From: a virus
Direction: 5' to 3' (one strand)
Virus record (IMG/VR): IMGVR_UViG_3300029319_008461
Location: 16,845 to 80,844 of that record
DNA: 64,000 nt
The notes under the pieces were generated by a model, which did not search any database, had not been told where the DNA came from, and saw nothing but the letters and a program-made list of their open reading frames with translations. Of the stretch, positions 1-9,679 are shown in pieces (within the stretch, counting starts at the first letter, position 1; the number at the start of each line of letters is the position of its first letter). The position numbers were made by a program, and so were the translations under genes.

Positions 1-1001
1 TTTTATGGTTTATGACAGATCCAAGGTTTTATGAGTGGTTGTGGGATTTTGAAGATGAAATCAGGGCAGTTGTTCCGATGGTTTATTACCATGTTTGGGA
101 TAACTATCCACTGCCTAAGTTTAACAAACCATTTTACATGTCTAACGACGTTATTGCCACAATATCGAAAGTCACGTCTGACATTGTTCAGAACGTCGCC
201 CCAGAAGTTGAGGAGCACTACATTCCGCATGCGGTTAATCCAACTATTTTTAGAAAACATGCAACACCCCAAGAACTTATATCTCTTAATAGTATCCGAA
301 GAGATAATAACTTAGAGGGTAAATTTGTCGCATTTTGGAACAACCGAAATGCAAGAAGGAAAATGAGCGGCTCTGTGGTATGGTGGTGGAAGACTTTTTG
401 TGACGAGGTAGGCCACGATAACGCCTCTCTAATAATGCATACGGACACAAACGATCCCCACGGTCAGCCACTAGAATTTTTAGCTCATGAGTTAGGACTT
501 ACCGGGGGTCAAATAACTTTTTCAAAGGACAAGGTTCAACCTGAACATCTAGCCATATATTACAATTTAGCCGACGTAACAATAAATATTGCTGACGCCG
601 AAGGGTTTGGACTTGCGACATTGGAATCGTTGTCTTGTGGAACACCTGTTGTTCTTACAAAAACTGGTGGATTACAAGAGCAAATATCTGACGGCAAGAA
701 TGAATTCGGCGTAGGTATTGAACCAACTTCCAGGGCAGTCATAGGATCTCAACAGGTGCCATACATTTATGAGGACAGGATTAACGAGGAAGTTTTTGTT
801 GCTGCCTTAAAAAAGATGTACGATATGCCTAAAGAAGATAGAGCTAAACTGGGTGACCTTGGAGCAGAGCATGTCCGTAAAAATTATAACTTTGAACAAT
901 TTAATAAACAATGGACAGATTTGATGTTAAATGTTTATGAGGAGCGTGGTTCCTGGGAGAACAGAAAAAATTATCAAGCGTGGGAGTGTATTGAATTATG
1001 A
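1..1001 (+). CDS. Glycosyltransferase family 4 (GT-B), 5'-truncated by the window edge
   Basis: The frame is open upstream of the ATG at 12 (LWFMTDPR). It has NNRNARRK and the EGFGLATLE (E-x7-E) GT4 motif, and the C-terminal helix LGDLGAEHVRKNYNF. Confidence 0.9.
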   Translation, partial: LWFMTDPRFYEWLWDFEDEIRAVVPMVYYHVWDNYPLPKFNKPFYMSNDVIATISKVTSDIVQNVAPEVEEHYIPHAVNPTIFRKHATPQELISLNSIRRDNNLEGKFVAFWNNRNARRKMSGSVVWWWKTFCDEVGHDNASLIMHTDTNDPHGQPLEFLAHELGLTGGQITFSKDKVQPEHLAIYYNLADVTINIADAEGFGLATLESLSCGTPVVLTKTGGLQEQISDGKNEFGVGIEPTSRAVIGSQQVPYIYEDRINEEVFVAALKKMYDMPKEDRAKLGDLGAEHVRKNYNFEQFNKQWTDLMLNVYEERGSWENRKNYQAWECIEL

Positions 1002-2272
1002 TTAAAGTTATATTGAAAGGTCCTATTCTGAGTCGTAGTGGCTACGGCGAACATACGAGATATATGTATAGAGCCTTAGCATCTCGGCCAGATATTTTTG
1101 ATTTGTACATTCATCCCACTGGATGGGGACAGTCAAGTTGGGTTCTGACCGGCAAAGAAACGAGAGCAGTTGAAAAATGTATTGAAAAAATACACCACTT
1201 CAAAGGTACGTTTGATTTGTCCTTGCAAGTATTAATACCCAGCGAATTTGAAAACATAGCCACTAAGAATATTGGAGTTACTGCTGCTGTAGAGACTACG
1301 GCTGCTTCAGCACAATGGATTAACAAGGCTAATCATATGGACGCTGTATTTGTAACCTCTGAACACGCAAAAAAATCTCTGGTGACTCCAAACTATTCTG
1401 TGAAAGCAGAAGATGGGATGACATATGAAATTATGATGCAAAAACCCGTCGAGGTTATTTCGTACCCGTTTAGAGAATTTGAAAACAACAAGGACACTCA
1501 CAAGAGAATTGATCTTGAAACAGAATTTAATTTTTACACGTCCGCACAATTTGGACCAAGAAAAAACTTAATGAACACTATTCATTGGTTTGTTCAAGAA
1601 TTTAAAGACGATGAGGACGTTGGCCTTGTTGTTAAAGCACACCATAAAAACAATAGTCAAATCGATCGTCAAAAGATGATTGTTCAATTATCAGCAGCAG
1701 TTCATAGTGTGCCTCATAGAAAGTGTAAAGTCTATTTGCTTCATGGATCGATGGAAGATGACGAGATGAACTCGGTTTATACGCATCCTGACATTCACGC
1801 TTACATTACAGCAACACACGGTGAGGGTTTTGGGTTGCCAATATTTGAAGCAGCTTGTAATGGACTCCCAGTAGTTGCTCCGGCTTGGTCAGGACATGTT
1901 GATTTTTTATATGACAATGTTAAAAATGAAAAATCAGGACGTGTAAAAAGAACTCCAATGTTTACGAAAGTAAAATATACACTTGGAAAAATACAACAAG
2001 AGGCAGTTTGGGATACTGTTCTCAATGCCGAGACCGAGTGGTGTTATCCAGATGAGGCAGCTTTTAAAAAGGCTGTCAGAAGTGTTAAGACTGCTTATAT
2101 AGCTAAGAAAAAGACAGCAGAGAAATTGCAAGAATCTCTTAGGGAAAGACTAGACCAAGATAAGATGCTTCAATATGTTGTCGATAGAGTCTTGGAGGTC
2201 TGTCCGCAAGATTTTGTTGAACTGGAGGGCTTCTTTAATAATCTCTCTGAAGAATTAGAAGTTCATGACTAG
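998..2272 (+). CDS. Glycosyltransferase family 4 (GT-B)
   Basis: N-terminal SGYGEHTR, PRKNL, and EGFGLPIFEAAC motif. ATGA overlap with the previous gene. Confidence 0.9.
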   Translation: MIKVILKGPILSRSGYGEHTRYMYRALASRPDIFDLYIHPTGWGQSSWVLTGKETRAVEKCIEKIHHFKGTFDLSLQVLIPSEFENIATKNIGVTAAVETTAASAQWINKANHMDAVFVTSEHAKKSLVTPNYSVKAEDGMTYEIMMQKPVEVISYPFREFENNKDTHKRIDLETEFNFYTSAQFGPRKNLMNTIHWFVQEFKDDEDVGLVVKAHHKNNSQIDRQKMIVQLSAAVHSVPHRKCKVYLLHGSMEDDEMNSVYTHPDIHAYITATHGEGFGLPIFEAACNGLPVVAPAWSGHVDFLYDNVKNEKSGRVKRTPMFTKVKYTLGKIQQEAVWDTVLNAETEWCYPDEAAFKKAVRSVKTAYIAKKKTAEKLQESLRERLDQDKMLQYVVDRVLEVCPQDFVELEGFFNNLSEELEVHD

Positions 2273-3113
2273 GATACATTTTATTGCCGATGTTTTTGCG
2301 GAACAACATCTTGGAGGTGGAGAACTAAGCAACCAAGAGTTGATAAAGTTACTAGGGCAAAAAGATAAAGAAGTTATTCAGTGTCTTTCTGCGCAAGTCA
2401 CCCCAGATTACATCTTGGAAAATAGGGGTGATAAATTCATTGTTGGGAATTTCTTAGGCCTGTCCGAGGACAGCAAGAAATGTTTGATGGACAATTGTAG
2501 TTACATAATTTACGAACACGACCACAAGTATTTAATCTCTAGAGATCCGTCTGTGTATGAAAATTATCAGGCACCTGATAGTCATATCATAAATAAAGAT
2601 TTTTATGAATCATCAGTAGGTGTTATTTGCCAGTCAAAACTTCACAGAGATGTTGTTAAACAAAACTTAAAACTTGATAATATTATCTCAGTTGGTGGCA
2701 ATCTTTGGGATGATCACACCCTTAATCTTTTACGAAAACTTTGTAACAAGGACAAACGTCAGCGCTACTCAATCTGGGATTCTGTGAATCCGATTAAGAA
2801 CACTCCAATGACAGTTGCTTACTGCAAAAGAAATGAAATACCTTTTGACTTAGTTGGCTTTCTTCCTTATGATAAGTTTTTAGAGGACATCACTAACAAT
2901 GATACTTTTATATTTTTGCCTCAAACTTTAGAAACTCTATGTCGAGTAGCTGTTGAGTGTAGAATGGCCGGAATGAAAGTTATCACCAATAAGAAAATCG
3001 GAGCCTCAAGCGAAGATTGGTTTAAATTAAAGGGAGAAGAGTTGATAGACTATATGGCAGAAAAGAAACACCAAATATGTCTTAAGGTGGAGGAGTTGTT
3101 TGATGAGTCCTAA
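2265..3113 (+). CDS. Putative GT-B glycosyltransferase
   Basis: N-terminal GGGELSN and C-terminal ETLCRVAVECRMAG (E-x7-E-like) motif; glycan-cluster context. Confidence 0.65.
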   Translation: MTRIHFIADVFAEQHLGGGELSNQELIKLLGQKDKEVIQCLSAQVTPDYILENRGDKFIVGNFLGLSEDSKKCLMDNCSYIIYEHDHKYLISRDPSVYENYQAPDSHIINKDFYESSVGVICQSKLHRDVVKQNLKLDNIISVGGNLWDDHTLNLLRKLCNKDKRQRYSIWDSVNPIKNTPMTVAYCKRNEIPFDLVGFLPYDKFLEDITNNDTFIFLPQTLETLCRVAVECRMAGMKVITNKKIGASSEDWFKLKGEELIDYMAEKKHQICLKVEELFDES

Positions 3114-3840
3114 GTTTACAATTATTATACCCTGTTATAATGCCGAGAACTATATTGAACAATGTGTCAAATCAGCGCTGAATCAAGACTATGAAAACTT
3201 TGAAGTTATTGTTGTTGATAATGATAGTGGCGATGATAGTTATGAAATAGTGGAATCCCTCCAGGATGAATATGATTTCTCCCTTGATACAGCACAAAAC
3301 TTATATCCTTTCTCTTGGTCAGAACCAGTTGAAAAGGCCCTAGAAGAATTTACGGGAGATTACTTTACTATCTTGGGTGCAGACGATTACCTGTCCCCAG
3401 ATTATGTTTCCAATATTATGAAATATATTCAAGAGTCTGATGAGGAGATCCACTGTTTTCAGAGTGCCCTTAGGACCGTAGATAAAAACGGAGAATTGCA
3501 AGGTGGAGAATTATCTCACGATTACAATGACTTAGATGATCTAAAGGAAAAATTACTCGATAGGTGCGTTGTGACCACACCGTCAGTTGTTTTTTCTAGA
3601 GAATTATTCCGAAAAGGTTTGACAAAGTGGGACTCTGAAAATTATCTTGGTGCAGCAGATTACGCTTTATATTTCTCACTTGTTGACGAGGGAGTGCATA
3701 TTCACCTTAACAAAGAGTGGTTAGGATACTACTATAGATGGCACGAAAAGCAGGCCACCTGGGGAATGCAACAACAACCTGTCAATTATGACTTTATGCT
3801 ACAGAATAAGTGGCGTCAAAAGTGGGAAAATGAAAACTAG
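3103..3840 (+). CDS. Glycosyltransferase family 2 (GT-A)
   Basis: IIIPCYNAENYIEQCVKSALNQ, VVDNDSGDDS, GADD (DxD-like), and YYYRWH. Confidence 0.92.
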   Translation: MSPKFTIIIPCYNAENYIEQCVKSALNQDYENFEVIVVDNDSGDDSYEIVESLQDEYDFSLDTAQNLYPFSWSEPVEKALEEFTGDYFTILGADDYLSPDYVSNIMKYIQESDEEIHCFQSALRTVDKNGELQGGELSHDYNDLDDLKEKLLDRCVVTTPSVVFSRELFRKGLTKWDSENYLGAADYALYFSLVDEGVHIHLNKEWLGYYYRWHEKQATWGMQQQPVNYDFMLQNKWRQKWENEN

Positions 3841-5623
3841 AGTTGTAGATTATATTGCCGACAAAATAGTAGAGCTTGGAGTTAGAGATGTGTTTACTCT
3901 AACTGGTGGCGGAGCTATGTTTCTTAACGATTGTGTTGCAAAGCATCCACAGTTAGAAGCCATATGTAATCATCATGAACAAGCTTGTGCAATGGGTGCT
4001 GTTGGTTACGCTAAATATACTAATGGGTTTGGTGTATCGATGGTCACCACAGGATGTGGCAGCACTAATGCTATCACAGGATTACTGGAAGCTTGGCAAG
4101 ATAACGTAAAGTGTTTGTTTTTTTCTGGTCAAGTTAATAAATCACAAACAACACACGGATCTAATTTGCCACTCCGACAGCTTGGGGTACAAGAGGCTAA
4201 TATAATCGATGTGGTAGCGCCGTTGTGCAAATATTCAATTATGATAACTGATGCCAATGATATTAGGTATGAGCTTGAGAAAGCTATACACTTGTGTCAG
4301 ACGGGCCGCCCAGGTCCTGTGTGGATTGATATTCCTATGGATATACAAGGGGCATATGTTGATATTGATGAGTTAAGGGGGTACAGTGAAACCCCAGAAG
4401 TTAAAACTGATGTTACAACTGATGAGATTCTTCAAATTAAACAAATGTTTAACCAAGCAAAGAGGCCAGTTCTTTTGGTTGGTAATGGGGTTAGGTTATC
4501 CGGCGCAACAAAAGAACTTAAGCAATTTGTTGAAAAATACAATATACCAACTGTAGCTACTTTTCTTGGCGTTGACTTACTAGAAAGTGACAACCCTCTA
4601 ATGATAGGTCGAGTTGGGATCAAGGGAAATAGGGCTGCAAATTTTGCAATGCAGAATGCAGACTTGTTAATAACTGTGGGTACAAGACTTGGTGTTCCCG
4701 TAACAGGATACAATTATGAGACTTTTGCCAGAGAGGCAAAGATAGTTGTTGTGGACATTGAAAAAGAGGAACACCTAAAAGATACAATCAAAATAGATAA
4801 GCTAATCGCTGCTGATGCAAAGAAATTCTTTACCTCCACCGTGCTAGATAAACAAGCGTCAAGACAGTGGGCAATGATTTGTCTGGATTGGAAAAACAAG
4901 TGGCGTGTATGTAACCCAGAATGGAATCAAGATAAAGATGGTATTGATCTGTATTACTTTACAGATAAGTTATCCAAGGCAAATAAGAAAGATTCTGTTG
5001 TTGTATCTGACGCTGGATCTGCTTATTATGTACCATCTCAATTTTTAGATATAAAAGATCAACAGAGGTACGTTACTTCTGGCGCACAAGCTGATATGGG
5101 ATTTACAATCCCGGCTGCCATTGGTGTTAGTGTGGCCAAGAACAAAGAAGAGGTTATTGGTATTACCGGTGATGGCTCTTTCCAGACAAATATACAGGAA
5201 CTTCAAACAATAAAACACTATCAGCTTCCAGTTAAGATATTTGTTTGGAATAACCATGGTTACTTATCAATTCGTACAACGCAAAACAAATTTTTTAAGG
5301 GCAGGTTTATAGGGGTTGATCAGGACTCTGGGGTCTCACTGCCGGACATTCAAAAGATAACCGAGGCGTATGGACTTAAGTATTTTAAGATTGAAAACAC
5401 AAAAGAACTAGAATCAGGCATCAGTCAAGTTCTAGATTATGATGGTCCTGTTGTATGCGAAGTTATGTGCCAAAAATGGCAGGAAGTTGTTCCTACCCTT
5501 ATATCAACCAAAACCAAAGATGGCAGAATTGTGTCACGGCCTTTTGAGGATATGTATCCGTTGTTAACTCGTGATGAGTTCTATGATAATATGATAATAG
5601 ATCCTATCAAATATGAGGAGTGA
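3830..5623 (+). CDS. ThDP-dependent acetolactate-synthase-like enzyme; YerE-like branched-sugar carboligase by context
   Basis: HHEQACAM, GRPGPVWIDIP, and GDGSFQ...WNN ThDP motif. It sits beside RfbH and RmlB, with no IlvH/IlvN small subunit nearby. Confidence 0.85.
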   Translation: MKTRVVDYIADKIVELGVRDVFTLTGGGAMFLNDCVAKHPQLEAICNHHEQACAMGAVGYAKYTNGFGVSMVTTGCGSTNAITGLLEAWQDNVKCLFFSGQVNKSQTTHGSNLPLRQLGVQEANIIDVVAPLCKYSIMITDANDIRYELEKAIHLCQTGRPGPVWIDIPMDIQGAYVDIDELRGYSETPEVKTDVTTDEILQIKQMFNQAKRPVLLVGNGVRLSGATKELKQFVEKYNIPTVATFLGVDLLESDNPLMIGRVGIKGNRAANFAMQNADLLITVGTRLGVPVTGYNYETFAREAKIVVVDIEKEEHLKDTIKIDKLIAADAKKFFTSTVLDKQASRQWAMICLDWKNKWRVCNPEWNQDKDGIDLYYFTDKLSKANKKDSVVVSDAGSAYYVPSQFLDIKDQQRYVTSGAQADMGFTIPAAIGVSVAKNKEEVIGITGDGSFQTNIQELQTIKHYQLPVKIFVWNNHGYLSIRTTQNKFFKGRFIGVDQDSGVSLPDIQKITEAYGLKYFKIENTKELESGISQVLDYDGPVVCEVMCQKWQEVVPTLISTKTKDGRIVSRPFEDMYPLLTRDEFYDNMIIDPIKYEE

Positions 5624-5625
5624 TA

Positions 5626-6555
5626 ATGTCTAAGGAAAGAAAAAAAGTAACAATCCTAACTCTTAGGAAAAATAAAAGAGAAAATAAAAAATCAGTTTTT
5701 GTAACAGCATACGACTACCCACAAGCAATGTTAGCTCATAGGGCTGGTGTGGATGGGATATTGGTTGGTGACTCACTTGGTATGACCACACTAGGTCACA
5801 AAACAACAATTCCAGTTACAATGGATGATATGATTAGGCACGCAGAGGCCGTTGCTAGGGGTGCAAAGGCTCCATTCCTAGTTGGAGATATGCCTTACAT
5901 GTCTTATCAAGCATCTAATGCTGATGCTGTTCGTAATGCTGGAAGATTTATTAGAGCCGGAATGGACGCTGTAAAGGTAGAAGGAGCAATGGTCGATCGC
6001 ATCAAAGCCATCGCTGATGCGGGCATCCTAGTGCAAAGCCACCTGGGACTAACTCCTCACACCATGGCAATGCAGGGAGGATATAGAGTCCAGGGAAAAA
6101 CAGCAAAAAGCACAGAAATAATTCTCAACCAAGCGCTAGAACTTCAGGAAGCAGGTTGTGCGTTTTTGTTACTAGAGGCAATGCCAAGAGAATCAGCGCA
6201 GGCAGTAGCAAGAGAATTATCAATACCTGTTTTTGGTATTGGTGCTGGTGATCTTGTCGATGGCCAGTTAGTTATTATGCATGACCTTGTTGGTCTTTTT
6301 TGGGACTTCAAATCAAAGTTTGTAAAAAGATATTGTGAAGCCGGTGCTATGATTCAAGATTCTCTAGAGCAATACGCTCAAGAGGTTCGAGATGGGTCAT
6401 TCCCGTCCGAAGAAAACTTTTACGAAATTAAAGACGAGGAACTGGAAAAAATTACCAATTGGAAATACGAAACTGATCAAGGATTCCCAACGAATCACAG
6501 TGCTACGCCTAATACTGTTACACCTAAAAAAGATATATTTGACGGTAAAAAATGA
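5626..6555 (+). CDS. panB: Ketopantoate hydroxymethyltransferase (PanB) family
   Basis: TAYDY, LVGDSLGM, GDMPYMSY, AVKVEG, HLGLTP, and GIGAG...DGQ motifs. Confidence 0.92.
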   Translation: MSKERKKVTILTLRKNKRENKKSVFVTAYDYPQAMLAHRAGVDGILVGDSLGMTTLGHKTTIPVTMDDMIRHAEAVARGAKAPFLVGDMPYMSYQASNADAVRNAGRFIRAGMDAVKVEGAMVDRIKAIADAGILVQSHLGLTPHTMAMQGGYRVQGKTAKSTEIILNQALELQEAGCAFLLLEAMPRESAQAVARELSIPVFGIGAGDLVDGQLVIMHDLVGLFWDFKSKFVKRYCEAGAMIQDSLEQYAQEVRDGSFPSEENFYEIKDEELEKITNWKYETDQGFPTNHSATPNTVTPKKDIFDGKK

Positions 6556-7388
6556 GAGTTCTCATAACTGGACGGAACGGGTTTCTTGCAAGGGAGCTAT
6601 CCGATCGTCTTGACGATTTTGAGGTAACCTGTGTCGGTCGCCAAGAGGTGGACCTCACTAACTCTCATAATGTTGATTTATTTTTTGAAGATAAAACTTT
6701 TGATGCTGTTTTGCACACAGCCATTATTGGTGGACGTCGAGGACAACAAGATGAGTTTAAAGATTTTTCTGACAACGTATCAATGTTCAGTAACTTACTA
6801 AGACATAAAGATAAGTTTAACAAGTTTATAAACTTTTGTTCTGGTGCGGCCTTTGGAAGATGTGCTGACATATATGAGTGGCACGAAAACAGAATCCATT
6901 CTTGGCTGCCTGGCGGAGGCGACTATTATGGAATGTCAAAAAACATAATTGGACGAGAGTGCAATAAGCTGGATGGTTTTTATAATTTAAGATTGTTTGG
7001 ATGTTTCGGGTTTCATGAAGCAGAAAAAAGGTTTGTTAAATCAGCTTTGGAAAAAGCATTAGTTGGAGAACCAATAGTTATTCATCAGAATAAAATGATG
7101 GACTATATTTCTGCTGAAGATATCTGCACAGTGGTAAGACATTATCTTGTGAGTGATATTAAAAAAGAACTTCAGGACATTAATATTTGCTATGAGGACA
7201 AAACCACTCTGAGAGGTATTGCGGTAAAAATTGTAAACTTAACAAAATCAGAATCAGAGATAATAATAGAAGAGCCAGGATTCTCTGTATCATATACAGG
7301 CAACGCTGATAAGTTGAAAAGTCTTAATTTAAGCCTGCAAGGAATAGAAAAGGGACTCTTAGCTCTCTTGGAGAAATTAATTGGATAA
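6552..7388 (+). CDS. NAD-dependent epimerase/reductase (extended SDR)
   Basis: ITGRNGFLA Rossmann motif, YGMSK (YxxxK), and LRLFGCFG. Confidence 0.85.
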   Translation: MRVLITGRNGFLARELSDRLDDFEVTCVGRQEVDLTNSHNVDLFFEDKTFDAVLHTAIIGGRRGQQDEFKDFSDNVSMFSNLLRHKDKFNKFINFCSGAAFGRCADIYEWHENRIHSWLPGGGDYYGMSKNIIGRECNKLDGFYNLRLFGCFGFHEAEKRFVKSALEKALVGEPIVIHQNKMMDYISAEDICTVVRHYLVSDIKKELQDINICYEDKTTLRGIAVKIVNLTKSESEIIIEEPGFSVSYTGNADKLKSLNLSLQGIEKGLLALLEKLIG

Positions 7389-8724
7389 GCTTCAAAAAAT
7401 ACTTTCACTAGTCGAAGAATATGCTCAAGAAAACCTTTTAGATAAAAGCTGGGAACCTGGACAATGGGTTAATTATTCTGGACCTCATTTTAGCACTGAC
7501 GAGTTTCGGGCAGCCGTCGAGGCTTTGCTAGGTGGCTGGCTTGTGTTTGGAAAGAAGGCCAGAGTTTTTGAACAAACATTCCCGGAGCACTTAGGTAAAA
7601 ACTTTGGGATGTTAACAAACTCAGGAAGCTCAGCCAACTTGATAATGACTCAAGCTTTAACTAGTAAAAAAAGCTTTATGAAAAAGTATCATTTACCTAA
7701 GGGTAGTAAGATTATCACCCCAGTGGTTTGTTTCCCAACAACCTTGAATCCTATTATACAGACAGGATATGAACCAGTATTTGTAGACGTGGACTTGCCA
7801 TCTTTGAACTTAAATTTAGATCAGGTAGAAAAAATCCTTGAAGAGGATAGTTCAATCAGAGGTATTGTTTTTGCTCACGTTCTGGGAAATCCTCCTGATA
7901 TGGATAGGCTTATGCATTTAGTTGATAAGTATAAACTTATTTTCTTGGAGGATTCATGTGATGCCTTGGGTTCTTTTTATGATGATAAAAAACTAGGTTC
8001 CTTCGGGCACATGTCAAGCTGTTCATTTTACCCCGCTCATCATATGACTTTGGGAGAGGGCGGATTTGTAGCTACAGATGACCCAAGACTCAGAAGGGCG
8101 TTGGCCAGTTTTAGAGACTGGGGTCGTGCTTGTTATTGTAACGAGCAAAAACCTGGAGACGTCACTGCTGGAACAGCTTGCGGCAATAGGTTTAAGCCCT
8201 GGCTTAAATACGGCAAAGAAAGAATAAATTATGATCACCGTTATGTGTTCGATGAGATTGGTTTTAACTTGAAGCCGCTAGAGTTACAAGCAGCTATTGG
8301 ACTAGAACAACTACATAAGCTACCGGAGATGGATTCAGCCAGACGGGAAAACTTTCGATCTTTCACTAAAATATTTTCAAAATACGAGGAGTATTTTATG
8401 CTCCCGAGGGCTACAGATAAATCAGATCCAAATTGGTTTGGATATTTGTTGACAGTTAAAGAAGGTAGCGGGTTCAGTCGTGAGCAGTTTGTCCAGCATT
8501 TAGAGGACAACAAAATACAGACAAGATCTTATTTTGCAGGGAATTGTTTATATCATCCGGCTTATGTAGAGTTCGCTAGCAAATACGACAATCTTAGGGA
8601 CGAGTTTCCTAATGCTCACAAGGCCACAGTCGGATCTTTTTTTCTAGGAACCTTTATTGGTATAACAGAGCAAAAATTAAACTATATTGAGGGGGTTGTT
8701 GATGAGTTCTTCAAAAACCTATGA
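7381..8724 (+). CDS. rfbH: NDP-4-keto-6-deoxyhexose 3-dehydrase (RfbH/DdhC/AscC, E1)
   Basis: DegT fold. SFYPAHHMTLGEGG has His in place of the Schiff-base Lys. The RDWGRACYC...TACGNRF Cys cluster is typical of [2Fe-2S] E1. YDHRY and RSYFAGN are present. Confidence 0.88.
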   Translation: MDKLQKILSLVEEYAQENLLDKSWEPGQWVNYSGPHFSTDEFRAAVEALLGGWLVFGKKARVFEQTFPEHLGKNFGMLTNSGSSANLIMTQALTSKKSFMKKYHLPKGSKIITPVVCFPTTLNPIIQTGYEPVFVDVDLPSLNLNLDQVEKILEEDSSIRGIVFAHVLGNPPDMDRLMHLVDKYKLIFLEDSCDALGSFYDDKKLGSFGHMSSCSFYPAHHMTLGEGGFVATDDPRLRRALASFRDWGRACYCNEQKPGDVTAGTACGNRFKPWLKYGKERINYDHRYVFDEIGFNLKPLELQAAIGLEQLHKLPEMDSARRENFRSFTKIFSKYEEYFMLPRATDKSDPNWFGYLLTVKEGSGFSREQFVQHLEDNKIQTRSYFAGNCLYHPAYVEFASKYDNLRDEFPNAHKATVGSFFLGTFIGITEQKLNYIEGVVDEFFKNL

Positions 8725-8725
8725 T

Positions 8726-9676
8726 ATGAAAATTATATGTGTAACTGGATGTTTAGGGTTCATACCTTCTTACTTCGTTGAAAAATGTCTTAAGCGTGGC
8801 TGGATGGTGTATGGTATTGATAAGTTGACCTACGCAGCTAACCTGGGTTTCTTAGAAGAGCTTAATAAGTATGATAATTTTAAGTTTGTAAACGCTGATA
8901 TAAAAGACATAAAAGCAATATGCGACTGTGATTATGTTGTGAACTTTGCTGCCGAATCCCACGTTGGAAATAGTATTATTAACAGTGAGGAATTTATAAA
9001 CACGAATATTGTCGGCACAAAAAACCTTCTTGATCTTGTGCGGTTCAAGCCAAGAAATTGTGGAACTAGACCCGTGTTCATTCAGATTAGCACTGATGAA
9101 GTATATGGTGATATATTAGAGGGGGAACACACAGAAGAGGATTTACTACACCCTAGTAATCCATATTCAGCAGCTAAAGCTGCTGCCGACATGCTTGTTT
9201 TAGCTTGGTCTAGAACTTATGATCTAGAATATTTGATAGTTCGGCCTACTAATAATTACGGAATCAGACAATACCCTGAAAAGCTTATACCTCTTGCTGT
9301 TAAGAATTTACTACGAGGCAGAAAAATTTCTCTTCACAATAATGGAACACCAATAAGAAACTGGTTACATGCTGATGATACAGCAGAAGCTGTTTTAACT
9401 CTTATAGACAACGAGGTTGTTAATGAGATTTACAACGTCTCTGGTGATTTTGAGCAATCAAACGCTGAGACGGTTAGAAAAGTTATACAATCATTTTTTG
9501 GAACAGAAGAAAACTGGCAAAGCCATGTTGATTATTCATATGTTAGAAAGGGACAAGACCTAAGGTATTGTCTTGGGGATTCTAAAATTAGAAATCTTGG
9601 CTGGACGCCTAAAAAAGAATTTGATAATGAGATAGACTCTATTGTAGATTACTACAAGAATAATTTTATTTGGTAA
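8726..9676 (+). CDS. rmlB: dTDP-glucose 4,6-dehydratase
   Basis: DKLTYAAN, AAESHV, ISTDEVYG, PSNPYSAAK, and NNYGIRQYPEKLIP. Confidence 0.9.
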   Translation: MKIICVTGCLGFIPSYFVEKCLKRGWMVYGIDKLTYAANLGFLEELNKYDNFKFVNADIKDIKAICDCDYVVNFAAESHVGNSIINSEEFINTNIVGTKNLLDLVRFKPRNCGTRPVFIQISTDEVYGDILEGEHTEEDLLHPSNPYSAAKAAADMLVLAWSRTYDLEYLIVRPTNNYGIRQYPEKLIPLAVKNLLRGRKISLHNNGTPIRNWLHADDTAEAVLTLIDNEVVNEIYNVSGDFEQSNAETVRKVIQSFFGTEENWQSHVDYSYVRKGQDLRYCLGDSKIRNLGWTPKKEFDNEIDSIVDYYKNNFIW

Positions 9677-9679
9677 CAT

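Noticed and set aside
3830-6555. ilvB + panB as branched-chain amino acid or pantothenate auxiliary metabolic genes
   Set aside because: No ilvH/ilvC/ilvD or panC/panE in the window, and both genes are embedded among NDP-sugar genes. A sugar-branching role is preferred, though unproven.
8741-8770. RmlB pseudogene because GxxGxxG reads GCLGFIP
   Set aside because: The catalytic TDE and YxxxK motifs and the full length are intact; one substitution is not enough to call it inactive.
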